Shown: positions 39,336-48,647 of the stretch, one piece after another
How positions within the stretch are numbered: the first letter of the stretch is position 1
Layout: every line of letters starts with the position of its first letter
From: Candidatus Micrarchaeota archaeon
GTDB taxonomy: Archaea > Micrarchaeota > Micrarchaeia > Micrarchaeales > Micrarchaeaceae
Assembly: GCA_021822165.1 (NCBI GenBank)
Contig: JAKARM010000001.1
Span: 42,443 to 106,442, forward strand
Length of the DNA stretch: 64,000 nt
Reading direction: 5' to 3'
Position numbers and translations under genes: made by a program
Notes under the pieces: model-generated
The model's database searches: none
Told to the model about the DNA's origin: nothing
The model's input: only the letters and a program-made list of their open reading frames with translations

Positions 39336-39881
39336 CTAGAACTTAAGGACGACCAGCTCTTCGAACGGGAACACCCTTCTAGATACAATCTCGGAATTAA
39401 GCAAATCCACGTCGGCAGGATAGTTGTTCAGAGAGCTTTCCAGAAGCAGCACCACATGTCTCGGGTTGACAAATCCATTATACGAATCGATAAACCTCTT
39501 TATGTAATGACGGCCGTCCCTGCCACCGTCAAGGGCGGTTTCGGTGAAGGAATCGGAAGGGAGATATGGAGGATTGAAGATTATCGTGTCGAATGACCCA
39601 TGGATCCCAGAAAAAAGATCGCTTTCGATAAATTTTCCCTTCACGCCGTTTGCCGCCGAATTCGCCTCTGCACACCTTAATGCCAGTGGATCTATGTCTG
39701 AGAATGTCACGGCGCACCCTTTCCTGGCGGCTATTATGCCCTGTATCCCGCTGCCGGTCCCCATGTCCAAGACCCTGCCATAGGCATATTTCTCGACGGC
39801 ATCTGCAAGCAGTTCCGAGTCTTCTCTCGGGTGGTATACACCGCGGCAAGCGCCTATTTTTACATTATTATAGCCGGACAT
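39336..39881 (-). CDS. Class I SAM-dependent methyltransferase, HemK/Mtq2-like (N5-glutamine type)
   Basis: VLDMGTGSGIQG (motif I) and IIFNPPY (NPPY motif IV), 181 aa. Confidence 0.8.
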   Translation of the reverse strand: MSGYNNVKIGACRGVYHPREDSELLADAVEKYAYGRVLDMGTGSGIQGIIAARKGCAVTFSDIDPLALRCAEANSAANGVKGKFIESDLFSGIHGSFDTIIFNPPYLPSDSFTETALDGGRDGRHYIKRFIDSYNGFVNPRHVVLLLESSLNNYPADVDLLNSEIVSRRVFPFEELVVLKF

Positions 39882-39947
39882 GCCATCTAGGATACTTATG
39901 TCCTTTAGAATAAAAACCCTTTCCTGTCAGGAGGAGAGGGGCAGTGG

Positions 39948-40259
39948 TTACCCCTTGGTTGCGCGCCTTCTTATGCAATATTCAAAAAAATCCCCTCCTA
40001 TGCGCACATTGAACTCTGTTACGGAATCCCTAAGCTCGTCGCGCAGGACGATCTCGCTCGTTTTCCTGCAGTTGACCTGGTCTATCACCTCCCTGACCAG
40101 CTTTCCCACCAGGTCGGTATCCATCGAGGAGACGCTTGCCGCTTCCTCGGCGCGATTCTCGTCGTGCAGGTCTTTCCCGTACAGTTCCCTGTTCATCTCT
40201 CCAACCACTGCAGTTATCCCATTACGAAGCTTGCGCTCCGCTATGCTTGTCGGCTCCAT
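39948..40259 (-). CDS. Hypothetical protein
   Basis: 103-aa charged ORF; chosen over the overlapping Ser/Leu-rich + strand ORF 39880..40263; no motif. Confidence 0.3.
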   Translation of the reverse strand: MEPTSIAERKLRNGITAVVGEMNRELYGKDLHDENRAEEAASVSSMDTDLVGKLVREVIDQVNCRKTSEIVLRDELRDSVTEFNVRIGGDFFEYCIRRRATKG

Positions 40260-40274
40260 TTAGATACCCCTTTT

Positions 40275-40300
40275 GTTAACCCAGTTAGTTAACCCAGTTA
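40275..40300. repeat. Perfect tandem duplication of a 13-mer, GTTAACCCAGTTA x2
   Basis: 40275-40287 and 40288-40300 are identical; each copy contains the palindrome GTTAAC; lies 16-41 nt upstream of the start of ORF 39948..40259. Confidence 0.9.
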
Positions 40301-40512
40301 TGCGGCCCCAGGACAAGATACCCTATTTGGCGTTGTGCCAAACTTCCAGTAACCCTCTTATATAGCGTGGGTTTACGCTTTCCGCAGGATTATTTGTAAC
40401 GGCAATTATATATACTTTACTACATGTTAGGATATAATGATAAAAAAATAGGTAATAAAAGAAACATTTTTATTTGTTGGCTTCCAAGATAAACATGCCG
40501 GGCAACTGGCGG

Positions 40513-40553
40513 CTCTAGATACCCTAGAGTGGCCGGCGAATAGGTCGCCGGCC
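40513..40553 (-). terminator. Two adjacent GC-rich hairpins followed (minus strand) by a T-rich tract, 3' of the 605-aa surface-protein gene
   Basis: CTCTAG-atacc-CTAGAG (40513-40529) and GGCCGGCGA-atagg-TCGCCGGCC (40531-40553); downstream on the minus strand: TTTCTTTTATTACCTATTTTTTTATC. Confidence 0.45.
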
Positions 40554-40571
40554 GCATACCGGATCCTGGAA

Positions 40572-42314
40572 TTACGTTGCCGTGACATTTGCCGCCGCAT
40601 ATGCCCCCCCGTCCCCTGTGACGGCCAGGTTGTACGGCTGATTGTTTATCATCGTTATGTTCCTGCAGAGGCTAGAAAAGGGCAGATGGCCAGGGATCTG
40701 CAAGCCGGGATTGCAGATACCGAACCCGACAGAGGAATTATAATCTAACGTTATGGTGTTCCCGGGGGCAAGCGAATATCCGCTTGCGGGCAGCGGGACA
40801 GTTGCCGAAGAGTTGCCTATGACGAATATCGGGATGCTCTGCAGGGGCAGCACCAAGGTGCCGTTTGGGGACACCATGAAGTTGAGCTGGTTGTGGAAGC
40901 TCTGCTGATAGACTGCGCTTTCCAGTATGTCGGTGCTCATGTTTGCGAGCGCGGCGGATATGTTGACCCCTACGCGTTTGAATATGCTCCCGTTTTCGAA
41001 CATCTTCTGGAATTGGTCCCCGGTAAGGTTATACCCCTTCAGCCCCGCCGACCCCATGTACATGTCCCTGAAGATGTTCTCTGTCACCCCGGTGGTGATG
41101 TTTGGTACCTGTATAGGGGCTGTGTTGACCGAGTTGTTCAGGTACTTCGATGCGTTTTCTGCAACTATGCGGCTTAGGTTGACGCTTGAGCTGTTGAATA
41201 GCACGGTGTCGTTGCAGGAGTTGAACACCACGACATTCCCGTTTACCGTGTTTATGTGGAGGCAGGAAGGGAAGGAGACGCCAGGGGGCAGGGTGATGTT
41301 TAGCTTGGTGATGTTGAAGGGAGAGGTTGTTGAATTTGTCGATATGGTGTTCGTTGTGTTGAGCGTTGTGTTCGTAGAGGTATTGAGGGACGTGGAGTTA
41401 AACTGCTGGAGCTGTTGCTGGACCTGGGCGGATTTGGTGATTACAGATATCGCGGTGGTGGCAAGCGAAAAGGGCACTTTCATATAGCCCGACATCGTCA
41501 GGTGCCTTAGCGTGACAGATGAATTCGCGTTGTTTTTCACCGTTACGGCAAGGTCTGTCCTATTGCCGGTGATTGAGAGGGTTGCAGCCGTTATCGTTAT
41601 GTTTGGTCTTGCCGCATCCAGCTGCAGCTTTGTAGGTGGCTCTAAGGGCGCCATGGCCCCTATGCCCGTCATGCCTTCCTGGTTTATCAGGTTCTTGTTT
41701 ATCGGTATCGCCCTTGCCGACGGTGCCATTACGAACATCCCATGCTGGGCAGTATAGACCTCCAATATGGCGGGCGTAAGATCAACGAGGACCCCCCCGT
41801 ATGAAGAATTCGTCTGCCCCGTGACATTGACGACCACCCTGCTGTTTTGCATGCTGACGTTGTAGGTCGTATTCCCGATTGCTATTTGTGCGGAGGTGAT
41901 ATTGAAGCTCACCTGGTTCACGCTGACGTTGTTGTTGAAATTGAAGATTGCCACGGTCTTGGCATAATCGGTAAGGTTAAGGAGGTTTACCGTTCCAGTG
42001 ATATTTTGGCTCAGGAACTTGCTCCCGGTCCCGGGCACATGGACGCCTACCGCGTCATACGAGACCGTTAACGAGGACGTCCCCTGGGGGACGGTTGGAG
42101 GATCCGTCAGCAAGACATAGAGCTGGTTGGGCGTCGTAATATTGGATATCGTTATCGTCGAATTGGAGAGGGTCTGGTTGGCAGAGGGAAGAGAGGTGAC
42201 TGGCGTCGGCTTCTTGGCCGTCACCGTATGCGGCCTTGGGGCGAACAGCACGACGAGAAGCAGACCGGCCAATACTATGGTTACGGCGATGAGCAGGAGG
42301 TTTCTCACTTTCAT
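40572..42314 (-). CDS. Large exported sequon-rich surface protein (signal-anchor N-terminus; DUF4382-like N-terminal region possible)
   Basis: MKVRNLLLIAVTIVLAGLLLVVLF start at ATG 42314; more than 35 N-x-S/T sequons; LYVLLTDPP...VSYDAVGVHV...VNLLNLTDYAKT pattern. Confidence 0.6.
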   Translation of the reverse strand: MKVRNLLLIAVTIVLAGLLLVVLFAPRPHTVTAKKPTPVTSLPSANQTLSNSTITISNITTPNQLYVLLTDPPTVPQGTSSLTVSYDAVGVHVPGTGSKFLSQNITGTVNLLNLTDYAKTVAIFNFNNNVSVNQVSFNITSAQIAIGNTTYNVSMQNSRVVVNVTGQTNSSYGGVLVDLTPAILEVYTAQHGMFVMAPSARAIPINKNLINQEGMTGIGAMAPLEPPTKLQLDAARPNITITAATLSITGNRTDLAVTVKNNANSSVTLRHLTMSGYMKVPFSLATTAISVITKSAQVQQQLQQFNSTSLNTSTNTTLNTTNTISTNSTTSPFNITKLNITLPPGVSFPSCLHINTVNGNVVVFNSCNDTVLFNSSSVNLSRIVAENASKYLNNSVNTAPIQVPNITTGVTENIFRDMYMGSAGLKGYNLTGDQFQKMFENGSIFKRVGVNISAALANMSTDILESAVYQQSFHNQLNFMVSPNGTLVLPLQSIPIFVIGNSSATVPLPASGYSLAPGNTITLDYNSSVGFGICNPGLQIPGHLPFSSLCRNITMINNQPYNLAVTGDGGAYAAANVTAT

Positions 42315-42428
42315 AATGATCCCTACTTTCTTGTGTGACAAGTTATTTAAACTATTACAAGCAGGCAGAATCCAAGGATGAAAGCCCATTCATCGGTTAC
42401 AGAAAGATATTCACACAGGAAAAAGAAG

Positions 42429-42545
42429 GTGCCAAACAGCAATATGATTTCCCACCCGAAGGCAGTACACACATATCGTAGGCAGGCTTAGCTTCCGAGT
42501 TCGGAATGGGATCGGGCGTTTCCCTGCCCCTGTTACCGTTTGACA
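42429..42545 (-). rRNA. rrf: 5S ribosomal RNA (not linked to 16S/23S in this window)
   Basis: Minus strand reads GTCAAACGGTAACAGGGGCAGGGAAACGCCCGATCCCATTCCGAACTCGGAAGCTAAGCCTGCC...TACTGCCTTCGGGTGGGAA...GCTGTTTGGCAC; loop C/helix III signature CCCATTCCGAACTCGGAAG; helix I GTCAAAC/GTTTGGC; T-run downstream; ends +/- 3 nt. Confidence 0.8.
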
Positions 42546-42608
42546 TTGATATATTCTCCCGCAAGGTTTTTATTAAAGGCGGGAGCGGATGTTGAGAGAA
42601 GTACAGGG

Positions 42609-44264
42609 CTACTCCTCGCCCATGCCTCCCATCCCTCCGGGCATCCCTGCGCCAGGGCCGCGTGACCTGCTCCTGGAGCTTATCATATCGTCTATCCTCA
42701 GGATGATTTCCGTGGCTTCGCTTGCACTGTTTATTGCCTGCACCTTCACCTTCGACGGCTCGATGACGCCCGACTTCGTGAGATCCCCTATCGACCCCTT
42801 GAATATGTCCACCCCATACGCTGTCCCGCCCTTGGACCTGTGCTTATTCCTGAGCTGCACCAGGGTCTCTATCGGGTCCATGCCTGCGCTTTCCGCAAGC
42901 GTCTTGGGGATTATCTCGAGCGCATCTGCAAACTTCTGTATCGCCAGCTGCTCCCTGCTCCCGACTTCGCTGGAGTAGTTCCTGAGCCCGTTTGCCACGT
43001 CTATCTCTATGCTGCCCCCGCCTGTGACGCACTTGCCGTCCTTTATGACACTTGAAAGGGCGCCTATGACGTCCGCTATCGCGCGCTCCGCCTCGTCCAC
43101 GACCTGCTGGCTTCCCGCCCTCAGGAAGAGGGTCACGCTCTTCGGGTCCTTGCACTTCTCGACGAAGACCATCTGCTCCCCGCTTATCTTCCTCTCCTCC
43201 ACCATCCCTGCGAAGCCGAGGTCTTCGGGACCGAGGTCCTCAAGGCTCGTCACGACCCTTGCGCCGGTAGCCCTTGCCAGCTTCTCAAGGTCGCTCTTCT
43301 TGACGCGCCTTACCGCTATTATCCCCTGCTTTGCAAGGTAATGCTGGGCGACGTCGTCGATCCCCTTCTGTGCGAATACGACATTGGCGCCGCTCTTCTT
43401 TATCTTCTCCACCATGCCCTTCAGCATCTGCTCCTCCTGGTTCAGGAAGGCCTGCATCTGGTCCGGCGAGGTTATCTCTATCTTCGCGTCCGTCTCCGTC
43501 TTCTCTATCTCTAGAGGGACGTCCAGCAGCGCGATCTTTGCATTATGTATAGACTTCGGCATCGAGGGGTGCGTTATCTCCTTGTCGACAAGGACCCCGT
43601 TTATCAGCTGCGTGTCCGCTATGCTTCCACCAGCCTTTTTCTCCACCTTTATGAAGTCCGTATCGATGACCATGTTCCCGCTGGCATCCTGGGCGATTAT
43701 CTGCTTTATCCCCCTTATCACAAGCTTTGCAATCTGCAGCTTCGTTGCATCGTCGCCTATGTTCTTCGACCCCAGCGCAACCATTGCTATCTTCTGAAGT
43801 ATTGCCTCATCGGCAGCCTTCACCTCCCTCGAATGCTGGCCCACTATGTCGACCGCCTTTGATGCGGCCATCTTGTATCCGCGCACTATCGTGGTGGGGT
43901 GCACGCCCTGCTCCAGCAGATCCCCGGCGCCCTTCAGGAGCTCCCCTGCAAGAACTACGACCGTTGTCGTGCCGTCTCCGACCTCCTTGTCCTGGGTCTT
44001 TGCTATGTCGACCATTATCTTCCCGATAGGATGCTCGACATTCATTTCCTCTAGAATCGTCGCGCCGTCGTTGGTTATCACTATGTCCCCGAGGTCGCTG
44101 ACCATCATCTTGTCCAGCCCTTTCGGACCGAGTGTCGTCTTCACCGCATTCGCGACAGCCATGCCCACGGCTATGTTGGTCTTCTGGGCATCCCTGCCCA
44201 GTATCCTCGACGAACCTTCAGGCAGCAATAGATACTGTTGTCCCCCAAACTGATTTTCTGGCAT
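42609..44264 (-). CDS. ths: Thermosome subunit (group II chaperonin)
   Basis: TLGPKGLDKM, ITNDGATIL, VGDGTTT, GGGSIE, C-terminal GGMGGM tail; ATG 44264 preceded by AGGTG (the listed GTG start at 44273 is part of that SD-like motif). Confidence 0.95.
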   Translation of the reverse strand: MPENQFGGQQYLLLPEGSSRILGRDAQKTNIAVGMAVANAVKTTLGPKGLDKMMVSDLGDIVITNDGATILEEMNVEHPIGKIMVDIAKTQDKEVGDGTTTVVVLAGELLKGAGDLLEQGVHPTTIVRGYKMAASKAVDIVGQHSREVKAADEAILQKIAMVALGSKNIGDDATKLQIAKLVIRGIKQIIAQDASGNMVIDTDFIKVEKKAGGSIADTQLINGVLVDKEITHPSMPKSIHNAKIALLDVPLEIEKTETDAKIEITSPDQMQAFLNQEEQMLKGMVEKIKKSGANVVFAQKGIDDVAQHYLAKQGIIAVRRVKKSDLEKLARATGARVVTSLEDLGPEDLGFAGMVEERKISGEQMVFVEKCKDPKSVTLFLRAGSQQVVDEAERAIADVIGALSSVIKDGKCVTGGGSIEIDVANGLRNYSSEVGSREQLAIQKFADALEIIPKTLAESAGMDPIETLVQLRNKHRSKGGTAYGVDIFKGSIGDLTKSGVIEPSKVKVQAINSASEATEIILRIDDMISSRSRSRGPGAGMPGGMGGMGEE

Positions 44265-44342
44265 TATATACACCTTTTATTGATTACGCATTATAGAGTT
44301 AGACCGTCATCGCCATTCAGATATGCCCTTTACACACCAAGA

Positions 44343-44390
44343 CAGCAACATAGGATAGATGGCCCGAAGGTCCCTTACTATCTATTGCTG
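44343..44390. promoter_or_regulatory. Imperfect 13-bp inverted repeat upstream of the thermosome gene
   Basis: CAGCAA(C)ATAG(G)ATAG ... 19-nt spacer ... CTATCTATTGCTG, 80-125 nt upstream of ATG 44264 and upstream of a TATA-like CTCTATAATG element. Confidence 0.4.
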
Positions 44391-44478
44391 CTTTGTTTAT
44401 TTATATCTTGCTGTTTGGGATTTTTCCTTATGTTCGTTTCCAAGGGGCAGGGGATACCGTTGCCATCCGGGCACATTG

Positions 44479-45255
44479 CTATCCGAGCAGGTTCTGCACG
44501 ATCCCGAGATATGCGTCTGCCGCTTCCCGGTCTTCCAAGACGGCCACCTTCCCGGAGTCGGAGCAACTGTTGAAGATATCATCCCTCTTGACGGAACCGA
44601 GCACGTCTGTCCCTAGTTCGTCCGCTACCGCTTTCGTATGCTTGCTTATCTCGCCGGAGGACATATTCTCCACGACCCCGAGGATGGGCGCCCCGAGGCG
44701 CTTTGCCATGATTCCCGAGCGGATAGAATTCACAGCCGATATCTTCTGAGGGGTGGTGACAATCACGAAGCCGTCAAGGCCCAGCAGCTGCATTATGGTC
44801 AGAGGAGAATCAGAAGTGCCGGGGGGCAGGTCTATGACCAGGTAATCGAGATCCCCCCATTCGCTGTTGGCAAGCAGCTCCCAAACCATCTTCGTTATGA
44901 TCGGCCCGCGCCATATCATCGGCATCTTCATCTCGTCTACGACCATCGCGGTGGAAAGCACCTTGACCCCCTGGTGGACTATGGGACGCATGGGCTGCAC
45001 GGAATCGAGCTTTGCAGACTCCATGCCAAGGAACATCGTCACGTTGGGGCAGTCGATATCCGCATCAAGAAGCCCGACAGAATGGCCGAGCTTGGCGAGC
45101 GAATAGGCGATATTGACTGCGGTCGTCGTCTTCCCGACCCCGCCTTTGGCGCTGTATACGCCGATCTTATGTTTTATCGACGATAATTTCTTCTTCAAGT
45201 GCTCCTTCTGGGCTATCACGCGTGCGAAGGAGGGATGCATATGTCCATTGTCCAT
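44479..45255 (-). CDS. Mrp/NBP35/ApbC-family Fe-S cluster carrier ATPase
   Basis: KIGVYSAKGGVGKTTTAVNIA deviant Walker A, DADIDCPN, DYLVIDLPPGTSD. Confidence 0.9.
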   Translation of the reverse strand: MDNGHMHPSFARVIAQKEHLKKKLSSIKHKIGVYSAKGGVGKTTTAVNIAYSLAKLGHSVGLLDADIDCPNVTMFLGMESAKLDSVQPMRPIVHQGVKVLSTAMVVDEMKMPMIWRGPIITKMVWELLANSEWGDLDYLVIDLPPGTSDSPLTIMQLLGLDGFVIVTTPQKISAVNSIRSGIMAKRLGAPILGVVENMSSGEISKHTKAVADELGTDVLGSVKRDDIFNSCSDSGKVAVLEDREAADAYLGIVQNLLG

Positions 45256-45411
45256 TTTACCACAAACAGGCGTCTACGCCTTTATCGATGATGCGTCACT
45301 ATGGTTAGTTGCTAGGGTTATTTAGCGTATGGAACGGCAAAATTATATTCATGTGCATTTTATGTCCAGCATGTTTGGTGGCGGTCAGGAAAGGCCATGA
45401 CAGCGGAATAA

Positions 45412-46995
45412 CTATTTTACCGTCCCGAAGGTCACGCTGGGCATTACACCCGCCGGAGGATAGGCGCGGATGCGAAGCCATTGGAATTCTGGATTATTTG
45501 TGTCAGGATCGCCACCGTCAAATATTCCGAGAAAGCCGTAGAAATTTGAATATGAGGGTGCCGTAACATTGCTATTTGATGATGTGCCTGTTTGATAATT
45601 ATATGCATACCATTGAGAACCAGAACCGAGCCACGCAAACGAAAAGATTCCTCCGAAATTTACCGTTGTGGAAGGGGTTACCGCAACATAATTATCCCCG
45701 TCATTACTATTACTAGCATATGCGCCGTTTAATGGAGTAGGAGCACCGTTATTATAAAAATTATTTTCATAGCTGTTGTAAAGGGTGTTCTGATACCCCC
45801 TGCTTGTAGTTGTGCTCCAACCCAATCTTGGACTATACGGTGTTGCTATTGTAGGCGTATATGCTTCTATAATGCTTGGTTGTGGGGTAATGTTTGTGGC
45901 GACATATGCATAACTCGAAGTATAGTTTTTATACAGAAATGTCATCCCGTTGTCGATAGAGATTCCGTCACCGAATGTTGCTGATACAAGGCCATTAGGC
46001 AATGTTTTCCCAGCAAAGTTCCAATAGTTGGTGAACACGCTCACGCCGTCGTCGTATTCGGCGTAGGAGGAGCATGCGCTTGTCGGGATGGACCCGCAGG
46101 GAAGCTGCGGCGCCTCCCCGGTGGAGGCGCTGTTGAGCACGTTTATCCCCTTTGGCGCGAACCCCATGTAGACGGTCATCGTGTTGCCGGGAGTTATTGC
46201 GGGGAGCTTTATCCAGTATAGGGAATTTGTGGACGTATAACTGTTGTTGTCCTCGAGCCAGGAGGGTATTATCGTGCCGTTGGCGTAAAAGAAGAAGATG
46301 TTTTGGAGATTGGGCGATTCGTAGGTCTTGTATGCGCTAGGGTCGAACGCGACCATCTGCTGGAAGGGCGAAGGGGTAGAGAGCGTCGGGTTGGGGTTGG
46401 TGATGTTTACCGGCATGTAGTTGAAAGATGACTGGAAGGGGTTGCTTCCTGCCCCTACGATGGTCTGTGTCGATGTTCCCGTAGACTTGTATGCCCCCTT
46501 GCAGCTGCCAGGGTTTGATTGCGAGGAGCAGATGCTGTACGTTATCGTGAACGAATCGTAGACTGTCGACCCTATGCCGGGTTCGAGCGGCGTAGGTATG
46601 TATACTATGCACGTCGCCTGCGAGCCGCTAGGCAGGTACCACGGGAAGCACTGCCCGGTATAGTTATGCTGCCCTATGGAACCGACATTCGCTACGCTGA
46701 GGTTTATGGAGTTGGTAGGGGTCAGAAAACCTTTCGAAAGGGATATCGGCACCCCCAAGTCGTTGACAAAGCTCACGGCATAGGTTATAGGGACGGTGGG
46801 GCTGTGCTGTGCGAGCAGGGGCTGGCTGCAGGGGAGCGCTGGCTGGAACTCGCAGCTCGAGGAGAGGTATGTCCTCGGGGATTTCGCGAGCGCGATGACG
46901 AATATGAGGGAGAGGGCTATGCCTATCACAAGGAACGCCCACCCATATACCGTAAGCATCTCTAATGCGGACTGGGACTTTTCCATTTTGACCAT
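45412..46995 (-). CDS. Archaeal type IV pilin-like protein (class III signal peptide) with DUF2341-like and lectin-like domains
   Basis: MVKMEKS-QSALEMLTVYGWAFLVIGIALSLIFV N-terminus (same KSQ[ST]A[ML]E..L..YGWA pattern as 14222..15079); YMPVNITNPN...FQQMVAFDPS...IFFFYANGTIIPSWLE...LYWIKLP...MTVYMGFAP resembles DUF2341. Confidence 0.7.
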   Translation of the reverse strand: MVKMEKSQSALEMLTVYGWAFLVIGIALSLIFVIALAKSPRTYLSSSCEFQPALPCSQPLLAQHSPTVPITYAVSFVNDLGVPISLSKGFLTPTNSINLSVANVGSIGQHNYTGQCFPWYLPSGSQATCIVYIPTPLEPGIGSTVYDSFTITYSICSSQSNPGSCKGAYKSTGTSTQTIVGAGSNPFQSSFNYMPVNITNPNPTLSTPSPFQQMVAFDPSAYKTYESPNLQNIFFFYANGTIIPSWLEDNNSYTSTNSLYWIKLPAITPGNTMTVYMGFAPKGINVLNSASTGEAPQLPCGSIPTSACSSYAEYDDGVSVFTNYWNFAGKTLPNGLVSATFGDGISIDNGMTFLYKNYTSSYAYVATNITPQPSIIEAYTPTIATPYSPRLGWSTTTSRGYQNTLYNSYENNFYNNGAPTPLNGAYASNSNDGDNYVAVTPSTTVNFGGIFSFAWLGSGSQWYAYNYQTGTSSNSNVTAPSYSNFYGFLGIFDGGDPDTNNPEFQWLRIRAYPPAGVMPSVTFGTVK

Positions 46996-47076
46996 GTTAT
47001 AAAGCTATGATAATAATATAAAAACTCTCTTAACAGTAATAACTTTGTTGTTTTGGTTTTTAGGGAAAGTGATGCC

Positions 47077-47952
47077 ATGAATAAATTCTCGGGGATTACG
47101 AAGCTTACGCGGATAGAGCATAGCGCAATGCTTGTGCTTGCCGTGATTGCCGCCGAAGCGATCTCTGGAACCGTGCCTTCGCTGTCACCGCTGCTGGTGA
47201 GCCTCGTCCCGCCGGTATTCATAAGCGCGGCGGCCTTTGCCATAAACGATTACTTTGATGTGGAGGCGGACAGGGAGAACAGGAAGACCGAAAGGCCGCT
47301 GGTAAACGGCATCGTCACGCCCAACGAGGCCCTCTTCATCTCTGCAGCCGGATTCGCCATAGGAATCGGCACGAGCCTGTTGATAAGCAGGTATGCATTT
47401 TATATCGCCCTTATGTTCTCCGTCCTTGCGGTGATGTACAGCGCCAGGCTGAAGGATATGTTCGTCATAGGAAACGCCTACATAGCGTTCACGATGGTCA
47501 TACCCTTCCTCTATGGGAGCTATGCCGTATCAAACAGGATACCGCTGAGCATACTCGCCATAAGCGCGACGATATTCTTCGCTGGGTTTGCAAGGGAGAT
47601 ACATGGGATGGTGAGGGATTACAAAGGGGATTCGAGGGCGAGGGGGTCGAAGAACCTTGTAAAGGCCATAGGGACGAGGAATTCTTCATTGGTGGCGGCG
47701 GCATTCTATGCCGCTGCAGTTGCATCGACAGCCGTGCCTTTCCTCTATCTCCCGCCGTTCAGGATGAACCTCGCGTACATTATTCCGCTTGGTGCGGTCG
47801 ACCTGGTGCTGGCCGCCATAGCTGTAGCCTACATCAAGGCAGACAGAAGGAACAGGAAGTTCTACGACTTTGCCAGGAACGCAAGTCTCTTCGCGATGGC
47901 AATAGCGGTGCTGGTATACCTTGTTTCGGCGGTTGTTTATGTACCGGTATAA
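47077..47952 (+). CDS. UbiA-family prenyltransferase, probably digeranylgeranylglyceryl phosphate synthase
   Basis: NDYFDVEADRENR (first Asp-rich motif), second motif region REIHGMVRDYKGD, 8-9 TM helices; ATG 47077. Confidence 0.75.
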   Translation: MNKFSGITKLTRIEHSAMLVLAVIAAEAISGTVPSLSPLLVSLVPPVFISAAAFAINDYFDVEADRENRKTERPLVNGIVTPNEALFISAAGFAIGIGTSLLISRYAFYIALMFSVLAVMYSARLKDMFVIGNAYIAFTMVIPFLYGSYAVSNRIPLSILAISATIFFAGFAREIHGMVRDYKGDSRARGSKNLVKAIGTRNSSLVAAAFYAAAVASTAVPFLYLPPFRMNLAYIIPLGAVDLVLAAIAVAYIKADRRNRKFYDFARNASLFAMAIAVLVYLVSAVVYVPV

Positions 47953-47958
47953 TCGGGG

Positions 47959-48159
47959 TCAGTGAAAGAGATCGCTGTCTCCGCTGCCGCCCTCGTTGAA
48001 GTGCGGACTGCCGTCCCCCCTTCGCTCCCTGATAGAGCTGCCGGGGCCGACATCCACCCTATCGACTCCGCTCTCCCTGTCCCTCCTTAAGAGAGGAGAA
48101 AAAGAACCTTTCACCACCCCCACGGGCAGCTTCTCTGTTTCCTTTGTTTTGATTGCCAT
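47959..48159 (-). CDS. Possible small disordered protein
   Basis: ATG 48159 (MAIKTKETEK) with TATAAATA on the minus strand 32-39 nt upstream; Gly/Ser/Arg/Asp-rich, no motif. Confidence 0.25.
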   Translation of the reverse strand: MAIKTKETEKLPVGVVKGSFSPLLRRDRESGVDRVDVGPGSSIRERRGDGSPHFNEGGSGDSDLFH

Positions 48160-48647
48160 TATATCATCAATACCTTTAACCTCCCAGAAATATTTATAGT
48201 TTTTGGAACCTATACTCTGTTGATATCTTATTTGTTGCAAATGAGAATTAGAAGCAAAGCCGCAGAAACCAATCCAAATACCCCCATAGTGTATTCATCT
48301 ATACTCCATGTGAAAGATATCAATGAGCTGAACCGTATAATATTAGTTAGGAAAAGTGTAGTAAAGTTAGAATTTTTAGGTGCTGTTGGACTCCAAAATA
48401 ATGACGAAGACGATATTGTAGCCCCTGATGGAATTCATAAGAAGAAATAGAGAGAACATAGCTGCCATAGTGGGGGATACGCCAAAAACCTCACACATAC
48501 CAAACAAGATAAAAGGTCACTTCTTTATCCCATATATGACTATTAAAGAGTTTGAGGATAAACGTAGTGCAATAACACTCATTAGGTGCTAAGACGGGAA
48601 CAATAGAACTGATATCTATCGTCTACATATATGACAAAAATGGTAAT

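Noticed and set aside
39880-40263. 127-aa + strand ORF overlapping the hypothetical 39948..40259
   Set aside because: It has a Ser/Leu/Thr-rich low-complexity translation and starts inside the methyltransferase gene end. The minus-strand ORF has a more protein-like composition, although that one is also weakly supported.
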